From positions 1,860,001 to 1,924,000 of the forward strand of contig OZ287069.1 in the NCBI GenBank assembly GCA_965645245.1: a stretch of DNA of 64,000 nucleotides. The letters are read 5' to 3'. Positions 25,601-34,110 of this stretch are shown piece after piece (the stretch's first letter is position 1; each line of letters begins with the position of its first letter). This DNA comes from Massalongia carnosa (Eukaryota). The notes under the pieces were generated by a model that searched no databases, was not told where the DNA came from, and saw nothing but the letters and a program-made list of their open reading frames with translations. The position numbers and the translations under genes were made by a program.

Positions 25601-25953
25601 CACTGAGCAAAAAACGACTGAAAATACACACGCTGCTAAAAAAGGCAGAAAGCGCCCTGACAACACAGATCCGCACCGGTAAGATCGGTCTAGCTGACTT
25701 CCTCTACCAGCGACGGGTCCCCGCCGTCACCTCACCGGCCTGCCCATGTGGCTGGCACAGACAAACTCCAGAACATGTAATTATGTTCTGTAGACTTATT
25801 GACAATAGAGAACAGATGTTTTGCGCCGCTGGCACGAACAACTATCAACAGCTGACCGAAACATCAAAAACTCTAAAGATATTAACTGCTTGGCTAATGA
25901 AAACAGGTCTACTGACCCAAGTCTCACTGGCATCTACACTATTGTACAATTAA
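22602..25953 (+). pseudogene. LINE ORF2 (AP endonuclease, reverse transcriptase, C-terminal CCHC), two frameshifts
   Basis: APE motifs QYN, IQEPW, GDFNLHH, SDH; RT motifs KAPGPDGI, YRPIALL, DVAGAFD, GIPQGSPLS, FVDD; CPCG..TPEHVIMFC. Frameshifts near 23568 and 25128; no RNase H domain seen. Confidence 0.93.
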
Positions 25954-26174
25954 CAGTAGTTTCACTTCTCTTTTCCTTCTTATCTCACAAGGCGTCACAG
26001 TTCTCACATGATTTTCGCTCTGCGTCTCCTGTCCGACGTCGACCTGGTGTCACATCGGACAGGTATCAAGGGATATGGTTTTTACACCTGAAAAAGGTTT
26101 TCCATGTAACATAACTTAGATAGCTTTGCCCGCATGGGCCGGCCTACGGCCGGTGACATATCGGAGTATGAATA

Positions 26175-26229
<55 letters not shown>
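26175..26229 (+). repeat. (CAT)~18 microsatellite forming the LINE 3' tail
   Basis: Pure CAT run directly after GAATA at the LINE 3' end and directly before the right TSD. Confidence 0.95.
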
Positions 26230-26230
<1 letters not shown>

Positions 26231-26609
26231 ACAGTTGCGATGCTAGTGAAAATTGGGTCAGCAAATTTGCTTTTATTATCCATGTGGTTAGTTTTTTCAA
26301 CATTTTCGACGAGCTCATGATCGTTCGATAGTCGTTGGTGCCTATTTGTTTTAGCACTTCGTATCTGCCGTCGATTAGCCTGCAATGTAGAATAATGTGT
26401 TTGGCTGTCTGCTTCTGCCATCCTTGCCAAGCCTATTTTTTTGGTGCGGATTTGCGTGGTTAGCGCGCATTCCGCTTTCATCAGGTTGTTGTGAATCTTC
26501 AGTCTCGTCCTACTGAGAGATCCCAACTGTGCCTCTGTCGGGCGGGAAATGCGGTTCTGTTACGTCTTCCATTTGGAGTCCCAGCGTTCCTTGATACGTT
26601 CTGTGGTGG
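26230..26609 (-). mobile_element. 5' part of the old truncated LINE (ORF2 C-terminus)
   Basis: Minus-strand peptides ERWDSKWKT*QNRISRPTEAQLGSLSRTRLKIHNNLMKAECALTTQIRTKKIGLA and LLTQFSLASQLL align with the younger ORF2 C-terminus. Bounded by TSD copy ATGGTGACAATAT at 26610-26622. Confidence 0.9.
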
Positions 26610-26718
26610 ATGGTGACAATATAAAACAGCAGTATATAAGATAAAGTAATACCTCCAGAGCGTTATTGCCAAAACGAAGATGCCCAACAGGTGCAGGATT
26701 TATGTGCACGTGTCCAGG

Positions 26719-26980
26719 CACGCGGCTGACAAAAAAACCGGACACCAAAACCTGCTTCCTGGAACAAATCAAGCAAACTTTTCAAAAAAACATCTTTTCT
26801 TGAAAATCATTCAGCAACAAAAAAAACCTGAAAAACCTTGAAGTCTTCTCAGATGACAGAACACATATCAATCTTAAATTCCTGAAATTATTAAGTGTAG
26901 GAAAAAATAATTGCATGATATTGTTCTACGCGTAAGAGTGCTCAAGTTTTTGGTGTCCCGGTTTTTTTGTCAGCCGCGTG
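26719..26980. mobile_element. 262-bp MITE with ~32-bp TIRs at a CCAGG site
   Basis: CACGCGGCTGACAAAAAAACCGGACACCAAAA (26719-26750) is inverted at ~26948-26980 with one indel. CCAGG on both flanks (26714-26718, 26981-26985); AT-rich non-coding interior. Confidence 0.9.
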
Positions 26981-27202
26981 CCAGGGTAGGGCAAAAGGTA
27001 AGGTTAAGGCGTCCAATCCACAAGAGGTCTAACGTAATCGATTCCTAGAAATCATCCATCCGTAATTCGACCCCATTTTGCAACGACACCCCATTCTTGT
27101 ACGGTCACCACCATCGCAAGATCAACACCGGCATCTTGTTGCTGAATCCTCGAATGCCTAGGATGTTGGTAGAGATATAATCTCACTTCCAGAGCAGCTA
27201 AT

Positions 27203-28561
27203 ATGTTCGGTGTCCTTAGGCCCCCCGAATCCCCAGATCAAATGCCAACATCACCCGAAGCTCCTGCACCAAGGTCAATGGCTCCCATTCCTGCCAGTCA
27301 ATATAACAGTAGAGAAGAGCTCCTTAGCTATGCAAAACAGTGGGCAGCTCATCAAGGCTACGCGATCGTGATCGCACGCTCTCGCTTCAACAGGCTATGG
27401 CTTAAGTGCGACCGCGGTGGTCAGTACGAGAATCGACGCAATCTCACTCCCGATCAACGTAAGCGCAAGCGCGGGGATAGCCGGTTGCTCGGATGCCCAT
27501 TCAAGATGCTGGCCATTGTGCGCAAGGATGGAGTTTGGAGGTTACAGACGGAGATCGCAGAGCATAACCACGGGCCATCTGAAGATTTGAGCTTGCACCC
27601 TACTCTGAGGCGCTTGACGGATGCGCAGACGCAGAAAGTCAACGACATGACAGACAACGGCAACAGCCCCGCGGAAACGCTGGAGGAGTTGCGGAAGCTC
27701 TGGCCGGAAATCAAGGTGCTAACAAGAGACATCTACAATGCGCGCAAGAAGTACAAGACGCAAAAGGAGTTGGCGGAACTGGCAGCGGGGCTTCCGGAAG
27801 AGCAGCCGTTCGAAGACCCCAACGGATCATTCCCCGGACCAACGCCCAATGGCCGCTGGGAATGGGTGCCGGACGGCGAAGAGGTGACAAGCAAGAACAA
27901 GAAGCGGAAGCGCCGCCCACCCGTTGAGCAGCAAAACCTGGATCCGCAACTCCAAACCCCAACCCCCTCGCAGCAGCCTCTGTTGTTCTCCCCCAGCCAA
28001 TCAGCCTCTTCTCAGCACTTCCTTCATCAGCTGCAGGAAGCCCAATCTTCGCAAGCCAACCAGAACACCCGCCCTGCTACTGCTGCTGCCGCCGCCGCCG
28101 GCGGCTTGGAAAGTGAAGACTCAGCACATACCCAAGCCCGCCTCCAGCACCACAATTCCTCCTTCACCAACGCCTCCGATTCCAGAGACGTCACAAATGG
28201 CCACACAGACGACGATTCCGCTGCCCTCCTCTCGCCCAACCGCCCCTCTCGCCACCGCCAACCATTTCCCTCCCACCAGCATCCACATGCCCGCGCCGCA
28301 GCGGTAGCGACAGAAACCGCAATTATGTCCTCTTCCTCTCCCTCCACCGCACGACCCCCGGAGCCGGTTGCCTTGGGACAATCGAGCGTAAACGGCGCTG
28401 GCGGTGTTGGGCATAGTCTCACTAACCCGGCGCCAAAGGCAGCGCAGAGCGGGCAGGTGCTTATGTCCCGCATCGAGCGCATGGAGAAAGAGCAGCGGGA
28501 TCAGAAAAACATGCTCGCGCGCATCTTGGGGGCGGTGCAGGGGATGCAGGGCGGTGGGTAG
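27203..28561 (+). CDS. FAR1/MULE-type (WRKY-GCM1 fold) DNA-binding protein without transposase catalytic domain
   Basis: Intact 452-aa ORF: SREELLSYAKQWAAHQGYAIVIARS..LKCDRGG..SRLLGCPFKM..W..EHNH, then the MULE HTH segment ..TRDIYNARKK, an NLS-like KNKKRKRR and a Q/S/A/P-rich tail. Confidence 0.85.
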   Translation: MFGVLRPPESPDQMPTSPEAPAPRSMAPIPASQYNSREELLSYAKQWAAHQGYAIVIARSRFNRLWLKCDRGGQYENRRNLTPDQRKRKRGDSRLLGCPFKMLAIVRKDGVWRLQTEIAEHNHGPSEDLSLHPTLRRLTDAQTQKVNDMTDNGNSPAETLEELRKLWPEIKVLTRDIYNARKKYKTQKELAELAAGLPEEQPFEDPNGSFPGPTPNGRWEWVPDGEEVTSKNKKRKRRPPVEQQNLDPQLQTPTPSQQPLLFSPSQSASSQHFLHQLQEAQSSQANQNTRPATAAAAAAGGLESEDSAHTQARLQHHNSSFTNASDSRDVTNGHTDDDSAALLSPNRPSRHRQPFPSHQHPHARAAAVATETAIMSSSSPSTARPPEPVALGQSSVNGAGGVGHSLTNPAPKAAQSGQVLMSRIERMEKEQRDQKNMLARILGAVQGMQGGG

Positions 28562-29520
28562 GCGTTGATAGGGACTACATGGATCGCTGGAACCCGAGGG
28601 GGTAGAGGGACTCGGTCGGGTCGATTGGGACTAGGTTTAGGTCCATTAGGGTTAGGTGGCGTGCAAAAAGGAAAGGGGTCTCAAAGCTGGTGGGCGGAGC
28701 AGCGTCTTGCTCCTTTCTCTGTTTTTATAAACTCTTTGCACAATCGGCGTGGGAGGTTAGATTGAGGGGGAAAATCGCTCAATCTATCGCTGAATTTCGC
28801 AGGGGGTTGGGGAAGGAATCGCTAGCCCCCCTATGTAGAATAGGACTCTAGGCTATGAGAATCTTGTTCCGACGTCTTTCTTCTCTTCTTTCGTTTATGG
28901 CGAGCGAGAAACGGGAGCGCACGATGTGTGCTGGACAGGATAGGTTTGTGACGTACGTATATGCCTGATTGCGGACGGCGTAGATAAGTGGACGAGCGGA
29001 TGATGGGAAAGGGGGTAATGTCATGTGCGTCGCTGTATGGATACGGAGGGAGGGTGGGAGGGAGGATATGTTTTTTTGTGGGTCTCTTTGTAGAATCATC
29101 CAGGCCGCCAGCCGCTTCCCCTCCTATGAGAAACTATCCCTCGGTCTTGCCTCTCTCCCTATAGATATTTCGCAGCATAACTCCTTACCCAACCCATCGC
29201 ACACCCCGCCTTGTTCGCTAGCGGAGAACTTTCCGTTCCCCCTTTACTGTTTCTCGTCCTGTTCCTTAGATTGTGGGGTAAGGGATCCCTGTTACACAAC
29301 GGAATTCGCTGCGTGCAAGGTCCCAACCTGTCGGGATTCGTGGCTGTTTATCCGCTCTTCCTTTAAATTAGCAACTGGCCGCTGTTTTAATCGGCCTTTC
29401 TCCTTTCTCTCTTTAAATTGGGGTCAATCAGGTCAGACACCCAATCCTAAAACGTACTTTACGTTCTTGAGCATGTCGCCGAGAAGCATTATCAACAACC
29501 AGCCGCTTGGGACTGTCTCG

Positions 29521-30284
29521 TTAACCTCCCTGAGTCGGTCTAAAAGCATGGCCATAGGTCAGCCCAACTAAAACCAGATTGAAAATGCTGGGAACGATGC
29601 CACTGACCCTCCCGTCCGCTCCACCCGAACGTCAATCCTGTCCTCCTTGGGCTTATCGCTATCTTCGGAGCAACCACAATCGTAAAAATCGCCGATCTTG
29701 GAGCAATCGAACAACCCCTTATTCAAAGACTTGTTGACCTCGTTGTGTACGTGACATGCCCAGGCCGCGGCGGTCGAGCGCGTCGCTACTTGCGGTGGAA
29801 ATTTGGTTAGGATCTGACGGAAATGGCTAGCGCATTCGCCGCTGCGTTTCGCTTTAGAGGTTGTACTTTGAGGATTGAGTGCAGATGAGCTGAAAGGAGG
29901 CACTTACCAAGGATATAGGCGCGCGAAGAGATGGAGATATGAAAACAATGCGGTCTTCTCATCCTTGCTGGGCTTGTCGGGAAATTTGGCCATGGTGGTG
30001 TGAAGGAGTTTCCATGCCGCTCTTCCCACTTCAGCTCTATAAAACACATGGGTTAGAAACCGGATCAGCCAGTAATTTGTTCATTGCCCTCACTTTAACG
30101 TCTCATTCCCAATTTTCCCCATGACTGCATCTCCTTTCAAGACCGTATCATCGACCGACACATGATGTATTGGAGTATTAGCCAAGGCTGCACCAGTGCT
30201 TTGGCGCCGACTAAAGAGAAGACTAATGAGTGAGAGCAGCCCCGCTGCTGCTATCAGTAGGACGAGAAAGCGTCGATTCGCCAT
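29521..30284 (-). CDS. ERV2: FAD-linked sulfhydryl oxidase, Erv2-type (Erv1/Alr family)
   Basis: Signal anchor MANRRFLVLLIAAAGLL, then ELGRAAWKLLHT, YPC|GECASHF (CxxC), WACHVHNEVN and YDCGC (CxC). Three introns; last mini-exon PTQGG* is inferred. Confidence 0.9.
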
Positions 30285-30726
30285 GCTTAAGTTGCTTAGG
30301 CTGGACATGGGAGCTTGGTTCTCAAGGGCTAGGAAACTTGAAGGCGATTGTCCATTGAACACGGAGAGGAACAAAGGGCATTTCAAGAGCGATCGGAGCA
30401 CCGTACCATCACGATTGGCGCCCTTAAGATTATCATCGTTCTGATTGACCCCTCGGATAGAAATGGACTCAAAATACCTCCTTAGGAACTAGTTAACTAA
30501 TTAAGGTATTGTACATACCTAACCACCTAAATCACGAGACTTAACTAGGCACTTTAGGTACTCGCTTGTACCTGCAGTAATTCCCAACTTACCAATTCAG
30601 ATCTTGAACTCGGGAAATTCAGAGGCCCATTGCATACTTGGTACTTTAATTCATACTACTTCAATATGCGCTAAGCTGCTTTAAACCTATTTGGACTGCT
30701 ACTTATTCTCCTCTCTTCTTTTCAAC

Positions 30727-31912
30727 ATGCATTTTCCGCCTGAACCGACAAATGCCATCGGTATATTTCGAATCCACTACTCAAGGACAAAGGACTGACA
30801 GTTCACAGACTGGGGCGATATAGGCTTTCAAGTGAGAGAGGGTGTGCCAAGCATATAGCCATGGGCGATACTGTGTATCTAATGTTTTCTCAGTGAACGG
30901 CCATATTGAATCCCACTTTAGTGTCAAAACAGGACGATGGAGTTCGCCTGAGTTCATCGAAGACCCATTCATCAAAGTTCATGGACTCTCCACAGGCTTG
31001 AATTATGGTCAGCAAGCATATGAAGGCATCAAGGCTTTTCGGACACCCAATGATCAGATCGCTATCTTCCGCCCATCTCAAAATGCCGCCCGAATGGCCA
31101 ATTCTGCTTCATATATATCAATCCCTCCGGTGCCAGACGCTCACTTTCTCAAATGCGTACATTTAGCCACTTCGCTGAATGCAGAGTTTGTACCGCCTCA
31201 TCAGAGCGGAGCTGCATTGTACATCAGACCGATAGTATTTGGCAGTGCCCCAAATATTAAATTAGATCCACCAGAGGAATTTACTTTCTGTGTTTTTGTG
31301 TTACCGGTCGGAGTATATCACGGAGAAAAGCCGGTCGACGCTCTTGTTTTGGAAGAATTCGATCGAGCAGCACCTAAAGGGACCGGGTCAGCCAAGATAG
31401 GGGGTAATTACGCACCTGTTATGCGTTGGAGTGATAAAGCGAGAAGTAATGGGTTCGGCATCACTCTGCACTTGGATAGCCAGACAAGATCAGTCATTGA
31501 TGAGTTCTCCACATCTGGGTTTGTCGGGGTAAAGGATAATCAAGGAAAATACACTCTCGTTGTACCAGATAGCGAAAATGTGATCAAGAGCGTGACGTCA
31601 GACAGCGTCTGTGAAATTGCTAAATCATTTGGATGGAATGTCGAGTGCAGGCCTATTCGTTACGACGAACTCTCGTCTTTCACAGAGGTCATGGCGGCTG
31701 GCACCGCTGCTGCGCTACTTCCAATTAAGTCGATTACAATGATGTCGAAGAATGATAAATTTGTGTATCGGAACGGGAGTGACGAATATGGGCCGATATG
31801 TTTCAAGCTTTTAAAGACCTTGCAAGACATCCAGCAAGGTAAGATTAACGATAGCTTCGGTTGGTTGGAACAAGTGCAAGACGCCAAGGATTTTTATCAA
31901 GGAGAATGGTGA
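30727..31912 (+). CDS. Branched-chain amino acid aminotransferase (PLP fold type IV)
   Basis: Two short 5' exons (MHFPPEPTNAI|DWGDIGFQVRE|VNGH); motifs LNYGQQAYEGIKAFR, LYIRP, AKIGGNY, EVMAAGTAA. Confidence 0.95.
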
Positions 31913-32559
31913 ATGGAAAAGATGCTTCCAAAGGAGTGGATACGTTATAGTTAAGATTCTTTCTACCGAGTTATAGCAATTTTTTTATAATACTCTCTAT
32001 ATTTCTATGAGTCAACGTTAGGGCCTCCGAAACCACTCAAGCTTTCCTGTTCAGCCTGAATGTGACAGAATGGGTATTCTTTCATGTGTTAATTGTTTAT
32101 TTCGAAGATTCTCTACATTTTTCGTGTAGAAGGCACGAGTCTCACCATGCATGTGCCAAATTTACGCCTTCGAAGCTTTCTATAAACGTCATTAATCGTC
32201 TTTTTTTTTAGGTTTATAGACTCGTCTTTATCTCCGGTCAACTGTGTACAAACCTCTTGCCGTTATCTTAATAACCCAAGCGTTTTAACACCCCCATATT
32301 ATATTGAGCCATCAGACTTGTCAGGTCATCTTTTATCTTCCGCCGGTTTCATCGCTGGTCCTCTACCATCACCTTCTGTGGTTTTCTTCTCTATCGTTTA
32401 GCAGTCTTGCTACTGTCACTCAAACCCCATCCTCTCCCACTACTCGGACTCTATTACACAACTATAGCCATATTGGCACGAAAAGACGCCAAAGCCCAGT
32501 TCTATGCGAAACACTCCGCCCAACCCCAGTAAACCACCCTTTTCAACCTCGACCTCGTC

Positions 32560-33660
32560 TTCCCGAAACTGTCGTTCTCTCCTCCGGGAAGACCTCATCA
32601 ATATTGGTATAGAGCAAGCTCGGATCTGACTCCTACACGTCGATAACCTGCGCGAGCTGCAGACTATCTTCTGTAACAGCGGAATCTTTTCCTTTAATCC
32701 TATCATCGCCCTCACTCCACCGGTCTTCGACAAAGCGACCAAGGCCACACTGGCCTTTTATTGGGCACTATGCAAGTTCGTGGCTATGATGTTTCCAGGC
32801 GGACTTACGAAGGAGCCGATCATATCAAGAGAGCTATGCGTGACGTACTTTGAGGATATCGGATATCTTTGGTGTATTGGCGGCGATGAGGCTGGTTACC
32901 AGCCGTATCAGAATGTCTGGGAATGGGTAGCGATCCGGAAGCTGGATCTAGGGGACTAAGACTCAAGGTTTGGGCAGCCACGCTTTTGGGTTTACAATGA
33001 TGATGAATGATTATCAAAGCAGGTAAGCACGGAACCCATGGACACTTAAATGACCTAACGCGGTCGTGGTAAGGATCCTACCTAGATTTTATGAAAGAAT
33101 GTAATGCTCTAGCGGAGACTTTAGCATCAACGGCAAGTACGTCTAGCTCGGAAGCGCGACACCTCTAGAAACTACGCATCCTATCAAAGGCATAACTTAC
33201 CAAGATATCCCGACTTCGAATAGGCCTCCAGCCCATACAAACTCCTTTGATATCCTGCAAGTCTCACAAACACGGGGCTCCGAATACCCTAGTAGCAACC
33301 CGAAAACTTCAACTGGAACCTCTCAAGCGCCACTAAACGATCTGGCTCCACCTGATGCGCCTCCGCTCCCTGACAATGAGGGAAGCTTACAAAAGCAAGG
33401 TCCTGCAGTTCCAAAGATGGACAGGGGTCTTACTGGTGTGCCAAAGAAAAGGAGTACCACTGCTTCCTACATGCGAGGTGTATTATCTACATGTTGGGGA
33501 GGCGACCCCCCTACTTACCGTCCCCAGTATCGACACCGAGGCTCCCACCAAACCTAAATCTGATCAGAGCAGGGGCGATGAGGATGGCGTAATCGCCAGG
33601 GCTAGCCGAGAGAGCGGGGATATAGTTTTTCAAACGGTGAAGATGGCATCACCCTAGCGT
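32560..33660 (+). pseudogene. Possible decayed coding relic of unknown family
   Basis: One + frame reads LREDLINIGIEQARI*LLHVDNLRELQTIF..YQPYQNVWEWVAIRKLDLGD* over ~380 bp with one internal stop; further broken frames follow. No recognised motif. Confidence 0.25.
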
Positions 33661-34110
33661 TCCAAGCGTTTGTGGCGTTTTCAAGCCATCTGGGTTTGAG
33701 AATAACCATATCTTCATGCTTGTATTGTAACTATGTACACAATGTTCGGATTAGATGGACGTTGGGAACGGATTAACGTTTAGAGCCTCGGAATAACCAG
33801 TAGAATCATGGTATCTTCGAAAGCATACTTCCTCCCTGTATTGAGTGCTCGGTATGTACCATTATATTGAGTTTTTATACGTACCGACTTTCCCAACTCT
33901 GCCTCAAACTTCCATTACATTTAGCCAGCCTCCGTGCAAATAAACCACTTCGCCCATAGACAATCATTAAATCCCTTCCCTTCCCCATTTCTAGTTGGTC
34001 AGCATGAAGAAGAAGAAACAATCCACTGTATCTCTGCTTCTCCCCAATAAATGACACAACCGTTCCATCTGCGATCTGTTGCTACTCTACTATTTGTCTT
34101 GTGAGTCACC

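Larger units (their letters stand above)
19613..26229 (+). mobile_element. Near-full-length Tad1-clade LINE (non-LTR retrotransposon) carrying a Tc1 in its 5' region
   Basis: ORF1 (3x CCHC), ORF2 (APE-RT-CCHC), 3' UTR and ~18 CAT repeats, flanked by the direct repeat AACAGTTGCGATG at 19600-19612 and 26230-26242. Confidence 0.93.

Noticed and set aside
22602..25953. Reverse transcriptase as part of a retron, DGR or other novel RT system
   Set aside because: APE-RT-CCHC architecture with gag-like ORF1, tail and TSD is a standard Tad1-type LINE.
19392..26229. Long inverted repeats suggesting one giant TIR element spanning 19.4-26.2 kb
   Set aside because: The inverted similarity is the 3' ends of two oppositely oriented LINE copies, each with its own TSD.
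26082..26357. Poly-Met, poly-Asp, poly-Ser and poly-Ile ORFs
   Set aside because: These are translations of the (CAT)n LINE tail.
28758..28786. TAGATTGAG..CTCAATCTA stem-loop
   Set aside because: Only a 9-bp stem, expected by chance in 64 kb, and lacks the TAATCGT ends.
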